Origin: Caulobacteraceae bacterium
GTDB taxonomy: Bacteria > Pseudomonadota > Alphaproteobacteria > Caulobacterales > Caulobacteraceae
DNA: 64,000 bases
Direction: 5' to 3'
Assembly: GCA_036376035.1 (NCBI GenBank)
Contig: DASVBC010000005.1
Location: forward strand, 26,930 to 90,929
Shown: positions 18,814 to 28,125 of the stretch, piece by piece
Position numbering within the stretch: the stretch's first letter is position 1
How the letters are laid out: the number at the start of each line of letters is the position of its first letter
The notes under the pieces: generated by a model
What the model was told of the DNA's origin: nothing
The model's input: the letters and a program-made list of their open reading frames with translations, nothing else
Databases searched by the model: none
Made by a program: the position numbers and the translations under genes

Positions 18814-19817
18814 CGCTTCATCGCCGCCGACAGCAGCCGTTGCAGCGCCCGCTCGTCCTGGAAGCGGGCGCGGACGGGCCAGGGCTTGACCTTGGACTGC
18901 CAGGACCTGGGCAGCCGAACCCAGTCCTTTTCCGTGGTGACCAGCCCCGCGCCATGGGCCTGCGCCTGCCGCTCCAGCGCCCTCAAGGTCCCGGCGTCAT
19001 AGGCGCCGTGGTCCGGGAAGGGGACGAAGTCGACCAGCTCACAGCCGGCGGCCTTCAGCGCCCGCTCGACCTTCCACGGCTTGCCGATGCCGGCGAAGCC
19101 GAGTTGCGGACCCGGCGGCGGCTTGATCGACGGCTCCAGCCGCGCCACCAGCACCGGCGTCGAGCCGAACGCCGCCAGCAGGGCCGGGTCCGGCTCGTCG
19201 AGGTCGGCGGGCAGCAGCAGGACCACCGCGTCGGCTCGCGCCAGACCCGCCTTCAGGGGCTCGCGCAGAGGCCCGGCCGGGAACACCGCGCCGTCGCCGA
19301 ACGGCCACTCGCCATCGCGCGTCTCGCCGTCCACCACCACCAGCGACAGGGTCTTGTGGACCGCCGGGTTCTGGTGGCCGTCATCCATGACGATGGCGCG
19401 GGCGCCATGCGCGGCGATGGCCTGCGCGCCGGTCAGCCGGTCGCGGGAGACCCAGACGGTGAAGGTCTTGGCCAGCATCAGCGGCTCGTCGCCCACGTCC
19501 TCGGCGGTGTGGGTCGCGCGGTCGACGCGGATCGGCCCGGTCAGGCGACCGCCGTAGCCGCGCGACAGGGCGTGGGCGTCGATGGACATGCCGGCCAGCT
19601 TGACCAGGATTTCGCGGGTGACCGGCGTCTTGCCCGTACCGCCGACGGTCAGGTTGCCGACGCAGATCACCGGCACGCCGACGTCGATGGGTTTGGCCCG
19701 CGCGATCTTCCAGGCCGTCGCTCCGCGCCACACCCATGACAGCGGCGTCAGCAGCGCGCGGCTGGCGATCATCCCCGGCTTCTTGCGGTACCACCATCTG
19801 GGCGTCGAAAGCTTCAT
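18810..19817 (-). CDS. lpxK: Tetraacyldisaccharide 4'-kinase
   Basis: VGNLTVGGTGKTP, SRGYGG, GDEPLML, MDDGHQ, PAGPLREP, FPDH, TTEKDWV. Confidence 0.96.
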   Translation of the reverse strand: MKLSTPRWWYRKKPGMIASRALLTPLSWVWRGATAWKIARAKPIDVGVPVICVGNLTVGGTGKTPVTREILVKLAGMSIDAHALSRGYGGRLTGPIRVDRATHTAEDVGDEPLMLAKTFTVWVSRDRLTGAQAIAAHGARAIVMDDGHQNPAVHKTLSLVVVDGETRDGEWPFGDGAVFPAGPLREPLKAGLARADAVVLLLPADLDEPDPALLAAFGSTPVLVARLEPSIKPPPGPQLGFAGIGKPWKVERALKAAGCELVDFVPFPDHGAYDAGTLRALERQAQAHGAGLVTTEKDWVRLPRSWQSKVKPWPVRARFQDERALQRLLSAAMKR

Positions 19818-21049
19818 GGCAACAGCGGCTCCAGCGCCGTCCAGGTGTCGTCCAGCGCCCGCGCGCCGCCGCCCGCGAACCGCCGCGCCGTCTCGCCCAT
19901 GGCCTTCAGGCGCGGCAGGTCGGCGAGGGCGTCGAACAGCGCCTGCGGATCGTCCGCGACCACCGCCGCCCCCGCCTCGACCATCGCCTCATAGACCTCG
20001 GCGAAGTTGAACACGTGCGGCCCCGTGACCACCGGCACGCCTTGCCGCGCGGGCTCGAGGGGATTGTGGCCGCCGATGCCGGGCGCGAACGACCCGCCCA
20101 TCACGGCTACATCCGCGACGCCGTACAGCAGCCCCATCTCGCCGAGGGTGTCGGCGACATAGGCGCGGGTGTCCGCGGTCAGCGGCTCACCGGTCGATCG
20201 GCGGGCGGTGGCAAGGTTCATCATCTGCAGCGCCGCCACAACGCTTTCACCCCGCTCCGGGTGGCGTGGCGCGACGATCAACAGCGCATCCTGTGGCGCG
20301 CAGGCTGCGATCATCTCCTCTTCGCCGGGGTGGGTGCTGGCCGCCAGGATGACCCGGCGCGCGCCGATGGCCTTCTTCAGCGCCGCCACGGCCTTGGCGT
20401 CCGCGCTCAGCGGCTCGCCGGCGAGCTTGAGGTTGGCGACGCCGGCCGTGCGCGCGCCCAGCGCCGTCAGCCGCGCCTTGCTGGCGCTGTCCTGCGCCAT
20501 GATCAGGTCGAAGGCGCCGAGCAGCGCCCGCGCCGCCCCCGGCGCCCGGCGCCAGCCCTTGGCGCTCTCCCGCGTGATCCGCGCCGACAGCAATGCCAGC
20601 TTGCACCCACGCGCCTTCGCCTGCCGCAGCAGGTTCGGCCAAAGTTCGCTCTCGACGAAGATCGCCAGGTCCGGCCGCCAGTGGTCGAGAAACCGCCGCG
20701 CCGCGCGTGGGCCATCGACCGGCGCGAACTGGTGGACCGCGCCCGCCGGCAAACGCCGCGCCAGCAACTGCGCCGAAGTCACCGTTCCGGAGGTGACCAG
20801 CACCGCCACCTCGGGGCGCTCGGCCCGCAGCCGCGCAATCAGCGGCAGGATTGAAAGGCTCTCACCGACACTGGCGGCGTGCAGCCACACCAGCCGCCCG
20901 GCCGGACGCGCCACGCTGGCATGCCCCAAGCGTTCACCCAGCCGCGCGGCGTCCTCCTTGCCGCGCCGCGCCCGGCCGCGCAGGACGTTTCCCGCCAGCG
21001 GCTCCAGCAGGGCGGTCGCCGCCCGGTAAAGGCCAAGGCCGAGGCTCAC
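19814..21049 (-). CDS. waaA: 3-deoxy-D-manno-octulosonic acid transferase
   Basis: WLHAASVGE, ESELWPN, ASTHPGEE, APRHPER, DTLGEM, GGHNPLEP. Confidence 0.96.
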   Translation of the reverse strand: MSLGLGLYRAATALLEPLAGNVLRGRARRGKEDAARLGERLGHASVARPAGRLVWLHAASVGESLSILPLIARLRAERPEVAVLVTSGTVTSAQLLARRLPAGAVHQFAPVDGPRAARRFLDHWRPDLAIFVESELWPNLLRQAKARGCKLALLSARITRESAKGWRRAPGAARALLGAFDLIMAQDSASKARLTALGARTAGVANLKLAGEPLSADAKAVAALKKAIGARRVILAASTHPGEEEMIAACAPQDALLIVAPRHPERGESVVAALQMMNLATARRSTGEPLTADTRAYVADTLGEMGLLYGVADVAVMGGSFAPGIGGHNPLEPARQGVPVVTGPHVFNFAEVYEAMVEAGAAVVADDPQALFDALADLPRLKAMGETARRFAGGGARALDDTWTALEPLLP

Positions 21050-21966
21050 ACCACGTCCGAGGGCGCGAGGCGGCAGGCGCCGCCGGTTTCCACCTGAAGA
21101 GTGGCGTGGCCGATGCCGAACCGCTCCGACAGTTCATGGCAGGTGTCGTGCAGGAAGCCGTCCTGCGCGCCGCCTTCGGGGCGGATCAGGTGGGCGGTCA
21201 TGGCCGTCTCGGTGGTGCTCATCGCCCAGATGTGCAGGTCGTGCACCTCGCTCACGCCCGGTCGGGCCTCCAGCCAGGTCCGCACCGCCTCCGGGTCGAT
21301 GCCACGCGGGGCGGCGTCCATGGCGAGGTCCAGCGACTCGCGCAGCAGCTCCCAGGTCGAGGCCACGATCACCGCCACGATGACCAGGCTGACCAGCGGG
21401 TCGATCCACAGGGCGCCGGTCTTCTGCAGGGCGAAGGCCGAGACCACCACGCCCGCCGAAATCGCCGCATCGGCCGCCAGGTGCAGGAAGGCGCCGCGCG
21501 CGTTCAGGTCCTCCTTGCGCGAGCGGGCGAACATCAGGGCCGTGACGGTGTTCAGCACCACGCCGACCGCCGCCACCACCATCACCGGCTCGGTCGCCAC
21601 CGGCTGCGGCTCGCCGAAGCGCTGGATGGCTTCCCAGGCGATGGCCCCGACCGCCAGCAAGAGGATGCCGGCGTTGGCGACCGAGGCCAGGATGGTGCCC
21701 TTGCGCATGCCGTAGGTGCGCCGCGCGGTCGGCGCGCGCCTGGCCATCACCGCCGCGACCCAGGCCAGCATCAGCCCCAGCACGTCGGACAGGTTGTGCC
21801 CCGCGTCCGCCAGCAGCGCCAGCGAGCCGGTCACGATCCCGGCCATCGCCTCAAACGCCACGAAGGCGACGTTCAGCGCCGCGGCGACGGCAAAGGCGCG
21901 GCCGGGGTCGGCGGGCGCGTGGTGATGCCCGTGGCCGTGCCCGTGATGATGGTGGTCGTGCGCCAT
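21046..21966 (-). CDS. Cation diffusion facilitator (CzcD/ZitB-like) metal exporter
   Basis: His-rich N-terminus, SLALLADAGHNLSD, TYG, DLNARGAFLHLAADA, VHDLHIW, HATLQVE. Confidence 0.93.
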   Translation of the reverse strand: MAHDHHHHGHGHGHHHAPADPGRAFAVAAALNVAFVAFEAMAGIVTGSLALLADAGHNLSDVLGLMLAWVAAVMARRAPTARRTYGMRKGTILASVANAGILLLAVGAIAWEAIQRFGEPQPVATEPVMVVAAVGVVLNTVTALMFARSRKEDLNARGAFLHLAADAAISAGVVVSAFALQKTGALWIDPLVSLVIVAVIVASTWELLRESLDLAMDAAPRGIDPEAVRTWLEARPGVSEVHDLHIWAMSTTETAMTAHLIRPEGGAQDGFLHDTCHELSERFGIGHATLQVETGGACRLAPSDVV

Positions 21967-21975
21967 GGGCCTAGA

Positions 21976-22662
21976 TCATAACCCGTCCGCGGCGGATTCC
22001 GCGCGTTCCAGCACGGCGGTCAGCCGCTCGCTCCACAGCTTGCCCAGCCGCGCGTTGTCCGGCTCCTCCTCGGCATGGAAGGGTCCGTCCCAGACGATCA
22101 CGCCCCTGGAGAAGGGCCGGGGAAACACCGTCCGGTCCCAGGTCTTCGCGCGGATGCACGGCCGAGAGGCGAGGCCGACCATGATCACCGGCGCCCTGGT
22201 CAGCCGCGCCAGCATCAGCGCTCCGTCGGCCATCTCCCGCGCCGGGCCGCGCGGTCCGTCGGGGGTGATGGCGATGGAGCCGCCGTTCTTCATCCACCTC
22301 GCCATCTCGCGAAAGGCCGCCATGCCGCCCTTGGTCTTGGCCGGATCGTTCTTCTTCTGGGAGGACCCCCGGATGGCCTTGATGCCGAGGCCCGCGACCG
22401 TGCGGGTGATCATTTCGCCGTCGGCCGACTGGGACACCAGCACCCGCAGCTTGGGCTTGTAAGCCTCAGGCCACACCACCGGCGCCATCGGCACCAGGCA
22501 GTGCCAGAAGGCGAGGATCACCGGCTGGCCGTCGAACAGCAGGGCGGCCTTGTCCTTGTCGATCTGCGTCCAGCGTGTCGTGCGGTAGGCGAACTTCAGA
22601 TAGCCGGACGCCAGCGCCCCGATGGCCGCGATCACCGGCTCCGAGCGCAGGATCGTCTTCAA
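21976..22662 (-). CDS. DUF374 / LpxJ-like lysophospholipid acyltransferase family protein
   Basis: AFWH, LVSQSADGE, IRGSS, ITPDGPRGP. Positioned between msbA and waaA. TTG start overlaps the msbA stop. Confidence 0.8.
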   Translation of the reverse strand: MKTILRSEPVIAAIGALASGYLKFAYRTTRWTQIDKDKAALLFDGQPVILAFWHCLVPMAPVVWPEAYKPKLRVLVSQSADGEMITRTVAGLGIKAIRGSSQKKNDPAKTKGGMAAFREMARWMKNGGSIAITPDGPRGPAREMADGALMLARLTRAPVIMVGLASRPCIRAKTWDRTVFPRPFSRGVIVWDGPFHAEEEPDNARLGKLWSERLTAVLERAESAADGL

Positions 22663-24440
22663 CCCGCCGCCTCTTCGGGCACATGATCGAGGTCCTGCGC
22701 GCGGGCGAGGCGCGCATAGAGCCCGCGCTTCCTCACCAGCGAGGCGTGCGAGCCGGTCTCCACCACCTTGCCCCGGTCGATGACGTAGATGCGGTCGGCG
22801 TGGCGCACGGTGGACAGGCGGTGGGCGATCAGGATGGTCGTGCGCCCGGCCATCAGCCGCTCCAGCGCCGCCTGCACCTGGGTTTCGCTTTCGGTATCGA
22901 GCGCGCTGGTCGCCTCGTCCAGCAGCAGGATCGGCGCGTCCTTCAGGAAGGCCCGCGCGATGGCGATCCGCTGGCGCTGGCCGCCCGACAGCCGCGCGCC
23001 CGCCTCACCGACCAGGGTGTCGTAGCCCCGGGGCAGTTCGGTGATGAACTCATGCGCCGCCGCCTGCCGCGCGGCCTCTTCGACCGCGGCTTGAGAAGCT
23101 TCCGGCTGGGCATAGGCGATGTTGGCGCGGATGGTGTCGTCGAAGAGGAAGGGCTCCTGCGTCACCAGCGCGATGCGGTCGCGCAGGGACGCCAGCGTCA
23201 CCTCGCGCACGTCCACGCCGTCGATGGTCAACCGCCCGCTGGTCACGTCATAGAAGCGCGGGATCAGGTTCAGAATGGTGCTCTTGCCGCCGCCGGACGG
23301 CCCGACCAGCGCCACCGTCTCACCCCGCCGCGCCTCCAGGTTCACATGCTCCAGCGCGCGGGTCTCATCGCCATAGGCAAAGGAGACGTCCTCGAAGCGG
23401 ATGGCGCCTTCGCCCACCGCCAGAGGCGGGGCGCCCGGCGCATCGCGCACCTCGGCCTCGACATCCAGCGCCCCGAACAGCCGCCGCGCCGCGATCAGCC
23501 CCTCGGCCATCACCGTCTGCAGGTTGGACAGCTGCCGCATCGACTGCGAGGCCATGCCCAGCGCGCCCAGGAAGGCCACGAACGCGCCGACGTTCATCTC
23601 CCCGCTCAGCGAGCGCCAGCCGGCGTAGAGCAGCACGCCGGCGATCACCATGGTCATAAGCATCTCGGTGATCGGCGCGGCCGTCGCGCGGGCGTTGGCG
23701 CCCTTCACCAGATGCCGCTGGCGGCGGTCGATGACCGCGCCCACCCGGGCCTCCTCGTGGCCCTCGCGGTTCTCGATCTTGACGATCTTGATGCCGTCCA
23801 GGCTCTCCATGATCGCCGTGGACAGGGCCGAGGTCTCGACCATCGCGCCTTTGGCGGCCTTGGTCGTGCGCTTGGAGAACCGCCGCATCGTCCAGCCGAC
23901 CAGCGGGGCCACGACCACCACGGCCAGCGACAGGGCCCAGTCGTTGGAGACCATCACCGTGATGGCGCCGAGCACGATCAGGAAGTGCTGGGTGTAGTTG
24001 ACGATCCCCGTCGTCGCCGCCTCGCGGATCAGCCCGGCATCATAAAGCACCGACGAAACGTACGCTCCCGAGTGCTCGGTCCTGAGGCGCGCGAGGTCCG
24101 CCCGCACCAGCTTGGAGAACAGCTGCGCCTGCACCTGGCCGACGATGCCGTTGCCGATGCGGTTGACGATGTAGGATTGCACGATCTGCGCGACGCCGCG
24201 CCCCACCGCCATGGCCACGATCAGCAGCGGGATGGTCTGCATGGCGCCGGGCTTGTGGTTGACCAGCAGGTCGTTGATCGCCGGCTCCAGGATCTGGATC
24301 AGCTTGGCGCTCAGGAAGGCGACGATCACCGCCGCGATCAGCGAGACGGTCACGCCTTTCCAGCGCGGCGCGAGGTACTGGCGCGCCACCCGCCCGGCGA
24401 GGGCGCGGTTCGAAGGCTGCGGCGCGGCGTCGGCGGTCAT
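22659..24440 (-). CDS. msbA: Lipid A flippase ABC transporter (MsbA)
   Basis: 6-TM domain plus NBD: GPSGGGKST, LSGGQRQR, LLLDEATSALD, IAHRLST. Heads the lipid A operon. Confidence 0.88.
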   Translation of the reverse strand: MTADAAPQPSNRALAGRVARQYLAPRWKGVTVSLIAAVIVAFLSAKLIQILEPAINDLLVNHKPGAMQTIPLLIVAMAVGRGVAQIVQSYIVNRIGNGIVGQVQAQLFSKLVRADLARLRTEHSGAYVSSVLYDAGLIREAATTGIVNYTQHFLIVLGAITVMVSNDWALSLAVVVVAPLVGWTMRRFSKRTTKAAKGAMVETSALSTAIMESLDGIKIVKIENREGHEEARVGAVIDRRQRHLVKGANARATAAPITEMLMTMVIAGVLLYAGWRSLSGEMNVGAFVAFLGALGMASQSMRQLSNLQTVMAEGLIAARRLFGALDVEAEVRDAPGAPPLAVGEGAIRFEDVSFAYGDETRALEHVNLEARRGETVALVGPSGGGKSTILNLIPRFYDVTSGRLTIDGVDVREVTLASLRDRIALVTQEPFLFDDTIRANIAYAQPEASQAAVEEAARQAAAHEFITELPRGYDTLVGEAGARLSGGQRQRIAIARAFLKDAPILLLDEATSALDTESETQVQAALERLMAGRTTILIAHRLSTVRHADRIYVIDRGKVVETGSHASLVRKRGLYARLARAQDLDHVPEEAAG

Positions 24441-24478
24441 GTGGGAGGGGTCGGCTGGTTGGCGGTGGGTGTCAAGCT

Positions 24479-24595
24479 TCCCTCCCCTTCATGGGGAGGG
24501 TGGCTGGCGAAGCCAGACGGGTGGGGCATTGTCATGCCACTCCCCCACCCGCCGAGGCTGGCGCCCCGGCTTCCCTCCCCATAAAGGGGAGGGAG
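24479..24595. repeat. Palindromic intergenic element, family C
   Basis: Same terminal hairpins and internal layout as 3155-3272. Confidence 0.88.
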
Positions 24596-24596
24596 A

Positions 24597-25274
24597 ATGG
24601 AAAAGCAAACCTCCCGCTACGACCTCTCGACCCCCGGCGGGCGCTTCAAGGCCTATTGGGACTATATCTGGGGCGACCACGCCTTCCTGCGTGTCGGTTT
24701 CCAGAACGCCCACTGGATCGGGCCCGATCTCGTCCGCACCAACCAACCCTGGCCCTTCCAGCTGAAATGGTGGGCCAGGCGCGGCATCAAGACCGTCATC
24801 AACCTGCGCGGCGGCTTCGACGGCAGCTTCTACGCGCTCGAGAAGGACGCCTGCGATCGCTACGGCCTGAAGATGGTGGACTTCATCATCACCAGCCGCG
24901 AGGTCCCCATCCGCGAGCGGGTGCTGGGGGCGCGGGACCTTTTTCAGTCCATCGAATACCCAGCCCTGATGCACTGCAAGTCCGGCGCCGACCGGGCCGG
25001 CATCATGAGCGTCTTCTACCGCCACTTTCACCTCGGCGAGCCGATCCGCGACGCCATGAGCGAACTGGGTCTGCGCACCCTGCACGTGAAGCACGGCAAG
25101 ACCGGCGTCCTCGACTACGTCTTCGAGCGCTATCTGGAGGAGGGCGAGGCGAAGGGCCTTTCCTTCACCCAATGGGTCGAAAGCGACGCCTACGACCCCG
25201 TCGCCATGAAGGCCGACTTCCGCGCCAACTGGTGGGGCACGCTGCTGACCGAGAAGCTGGCCAGGCGCGAGTAG
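24597..25274 (+). CDS. ctpA: Dual-specificity/tyrosine phosphatase homolog, CtpA-like
   Basis: HCKSGADRAG (CX5R), VINLRG. Divergent from the msbA-lpxJ-waaA-lpxK operon, as I recall for Caulobacter ctpA. Symbol rests on synteny. Confidence 0.7.
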   Translation: MEKQTSRYDLSTPGGRFKAYWDYIWGDHAFLRVGFQNAHWIGPDLVRTNQPWPFQLKWWARRGIKTVINLRGGFDGSFYALEKDACDRYGLKMVDFIITSREVPIRERVLGARDLFQSIEYPALMHCKSGADRAGIMSVFYRHFHLGEPIRDAMSELGLRTLHVKHGKTGVLDYVFERYLEEGEAKGLSFTQWVESDAYDPVAMKADFRANWWGTLLTEKLARRE

Positions 25275-25275
25275 G

Positions 25276-25509
25276 TCACTCGCCCTCGGTCGAGGGATCG
25301 AGCAGGCGGTGGGCGTGGATGATGAAGTAGCGCATCAGGGCGTTGTCCACCGTCGCCTGGGCCCGGGCCTTCCAGGCCTTCCTGGCCTCGTCGAAGTTGG
25401 GGTAGGCGCCGACCATCTCCACCTTCGAGAGGTCGCGGAACTCGGTCCCGCCGACCTCCCTCAGCTCGCCGCCGATGACGATGTGGAGCAGCTGACGGTC
25501 GTAGGCCAT
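25276..25509 (-). CDS. DUF4170 domain protein
   Basis: LHIVIGGEL, VGAYPNF, AWKARAQATVDNALMRYFIIHAHRLLDP. Confidence 0.8.
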   Translation of the reverse strand: MAYDRQLLHIVIGGELREVGGTEFRDLSKVEMVGAYPNFDEARKAWKARAQATVDNALMRYFIIHAHRLLDPSTEGE

Positions 25510-25517
25510 GGGTCCTC

Positions 25518-26297
25518 TCAGGGCAGATCGATGTGGTTGACCCGCTCGATGAGCAGGGGGTGCAGGGCGGGGGCCGCGCAGATCAGGCTGGGGGCTCTGG
25601 GGTTGGGGTCATTGTAGATGAACGCGCGGCCAAGGTGATCGGTGGCGAGCGCGCCCGCCTCGTTGCAGATCAGGTCCGCCGCCGCCAGGTCCCACTCGTT
25701 CTTGCCCGACAGCGCCACGGCCGCGTCGAAGGCGCCGGAGGCCACCAGGCACATGCGATAGGCGATGGAGTTGCGCGTCTCGACCCGCATGCTCGGCCAC
25801 TTCACCGGCCAGGCGGGGTGCAGGAACATCTGCGCGTCGCCCAGCATGGCGCAGTCCTCGATCTCGGCGACGTCGCTGGCGGTGATCGCCTCTCCGTTCA
25901 TCGTCGCGCCGCCGCCCCTCGTCGCCGCATAGGTCTCCTTCAGCGAGGGGGCGTGCACGACGCCCGCGATGGGGCGCCCGTCCTCCACCACCGCGATGGA
26001 AACCGCCCACCAGGGCCGGCCCTTCATGAAGGCCGCCGTGCCGTCGATGGGATCGACCACGAACAGGCGCTTCTGCTTCAGCCGGGAGATGTCGTCGGCC
26101 GTTTCCTCGGACAGCCAGCCGTAGTCCGGCCGCGCGGCGCTGAGACGCGTCTTCAGCAGCTCGTCGACCCGCAGGTCGGCGTCGGTGACCGGCGTGTTGT
26201 TGTCCTTCTGGGTGATGGTCAGGCCCGCCTCGCGCATCTCCAGCGCCAGCCGCCCCGCCTCCCGCGCCGCCTCGCGGATCAGGTCCAGGTCGCTCAT
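25518..26297 (-). CDS. Inositol monophosphatase / CysQ family phosphatase
   Basis: ATG at 26297 (MSDLDLIR, overlapping the pmbA stop). PVTDAD, WLSEE, VDPIDGT, EWDLAAA. Confidence 0.9.
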   Translation of the reverse strand: MSDLDLIREAAREAGRLALEMREAGLTITQKDNNTPVTDADLRVDELLKTRLSAARPDYGWLSEETADDISRLKQKRLFVVDPIDGTAAFMKGRPWWAVSIAVVEDGRPIAGVVHAPSLKETYAATRGGGATMNGEAITASDVAEIEDCAMLGDAQMFLHPAWPVKWPSMRVETRNSIAYRMCLVASGAFDAAVALSGKNEWDLAAADLICNEAGALATDHLGRAFIYNDPNPRAPSLICAAPALHPLLIERVNHIDLP

Positions 26298-27625
26298 TTG
26301 CCGGCGACCGAAAGGGCGTCGATCAGCAGCGACGGCGCGTTGGTCGAGCCGCGGATCTCGAGGTCCGAGCCGGGGACCAGCCGCGCGTAGATGTCCTTGA
26401 GGTTGCCCGCCACCGTGATCTCGGTCACCGGCCATGCGATCTCGCCGTCCTCGAACCAGAAGCCCGAGCAGCCCACCGACCAGTCGCCGGTGTTGCCGTT
26501 CAGCGAGGGTCCAAACATGGAGGTGATCAGCAGGCCCTTGCCGGCTTCCCGCATCAGCCCGGCCTGATCGAGGTCGCCGGGCATCAGGGTCAGGTTGGAG
26601 GTCGAAACCCCCGGCGGCCCCGCCAGCCCGCGCGAGGCGTGGCCGGTCGTCTCCATCCCCAGCTGCCGGGCGCTGGCGCTATTCAGCAGCCAGGTCGTCA
26701 GCACCCCGTCGTCGATCAGCGCCCGCCGCGCGTTGGCGACGCCCTCGTCGTCGAACGGCGAGGAGCCCAGCCCGCGCGGCTTGTGCGGGTCGTCGACGAT
26801 GTCGATGCCCTTGGCGAACACCGGCTGGCCCAGCCGGTCCTTCAGGAAAGAGGTCCCCCGCGCCACCGCAGGTCCCGAGATCGCCCCGATCAGAGGCCCC
26901 AGCAGCGAGGCGGCGATGCGGTTTTCGAAGATCACCGGCGCGGTGGTCGAGCCGATCTTGCGCGCGTTCAGCCGTCGCACGGCCTGGCGCCCGGCCTCGG
27001 CGCCGATCTTTTCAGGGGAGGGGAGGTCCGTCTGCCAGCGCGTCGAGCGGCCCTCGCCCCCGCGCTCCATGGCCGATCCCTCCCCCGCGATGGCCGACAC
27101 CGACAGCGAAAAGGCCGAACCCCTGTGGAGGCCCGAGAACCCCTCGCTCGTCACCAGCCGCCAGGCGCCCGACGACCAGGCGGCCGAGCCGCCGTCGGTG
27201 TTGGTCACGCCCTCGACCGCGCGGCAGGCGTCTTCCGTCGCCCGCGCCCGCTCTTCCAGCGTCTCGGCGGTCGGCTCGGTGTCATCGAAGAGTTCGAGAT
27301 CACTCAACGCTCCCCGCGCCAGCCGCTCGTCCGGCGCGAACCCGGCGTAGGGGTCCTCGGGCGCCAGCCGCGCCATCGCCACCGCCCGCTCGACCAGCTT
27401 GCCCCGCGCCTCGGGCGAGATGTCGGAGCCGGAAACCGTCGCCTGCCGCCGGCCGACGAACACCCGCAGGCCCAGGTCGCGGCTCTCCTCGCGTTCGACT
27501 TCTTCGAGGTCGCCGAGGCGCACGGTGACGGAAAGGGAACGCCGCTCGGCAAAGACAGCTTCGGCGCCGTCGGCCCCGGCCTTCAGCGCCGCGCCGACCA
27601 CGTCCTGCAACAGGTTCTCGTCCAT
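26294..27625 (-). CDS. pmbA: PmbA/TldE family metalloprotease subunit
   Basis: GLRVFVG, GTSFLKD, PFDDEGV, STSNL, GDWSVG..GFW, EITVAGNL. Confidence 0.92.
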   Translation of the reverse strand: MDENLLQDVVGAALKAGADGAEAVFAERRSLSVTVRLGDLEEVEREESRDLGLRVFVGRRQATVSGSDISPEARGKLVERAVAMARLAPEDPYAGFAPDERLARGALSDLELFDDTEPTAETLEERARATEDACRAVEGVTNTDGGSAAWSSGAWRLVTSEGFSGLHRGSAFSLSVSAIAGEGSAMERGGEGRSTRWQTDLPSPEKIGAEAGRQAVRRLNARKIGSTTAPVIFENRIAASLLGPLIGAISGPAVARGTSFLKDRLGQPVFAKGIDIVDDPHKPRGLGSSPFDDEGVANARRALIDDGVLTTWLLNSASARQLGMETTGHASRGLAGPPGVSTSNLTLMPGDLDQAGLMREAGKGLLITSMFGPSLNGNTGDWSVGCSGFWFEDGEIAWPVTEITVAGNLKDIYARLVPGSDLEIRGSTNAPSLLIDALSVAGK

Positions 27626-27662
27626 CGGCCCTTATGTACGGACCGTGGGGCCGGGGACAAGC

Positions 27663-28064
27663 TCAGGCGATGGCGTTGAACAGCAGGGCGACGGCGGCGA
27701 AGACGTAAGCCACCCACGTCAGCACGATGCCGATGGCCCGGGCCATGGAGGTCCCGCCGCTGTTGGAGAGGGCGAAGGCGTGCAGCAGGCGCCCGACGAA
27801 CAGCAGCACGCCGACGATGTGGACCGACAGGCCGCTGTCGTCGACCATGGCCAGCACGGTGATGGCGACCAGCCCGGCGGGCACATACTCGGTGGCGTTG
27901 CCGAAGGCGCGGATGGCGCGGGCGAGCTCGGGAATGCCTTCATCGCCCAGTGCGATCTTGTGCTTCTGGCGCAGGCGCACGACCAGCACCGACAGCACCA
28001 GCAAAAGGATGATGTGCAGGCCGACCCAGAGCGCTGCGGCGTGCGCGGAGCCTATGGCGTCCAT
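27663..28064 (-). CDS. MAPEG family membrane protein
   Basis: RAFGNATEYVP, GRLLHA, four hydrophobic segments. ATG at 28064. Confidence 0.88.
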   Translation of the reverse strand: MDAIGSAHAAALWVGLHIILLLVLSVLVVRLRQKHKIALGDEGIPELARAIRAFGNATEYVPAGLVAITVLAMVDDSGLSVHIVGVLLFVGRLLHAFALSNSGGTSMARAIGIVLTWVAYVFAAVALLFNAIA

Positions 28065-28125
28065 GGCGTCCTCCCCCAATACAAGCGGCGGAGATTAGCG
28101 CTTGGTTTGGCGCCGGGGGCAAGTT

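Noticed and set aside
21900-21966. Imperfect CAT/CAC/GGC repeats at the CDF 5' end
   Set aside because: They encode the His-rich metal-binding tail usual for CDF exporters.
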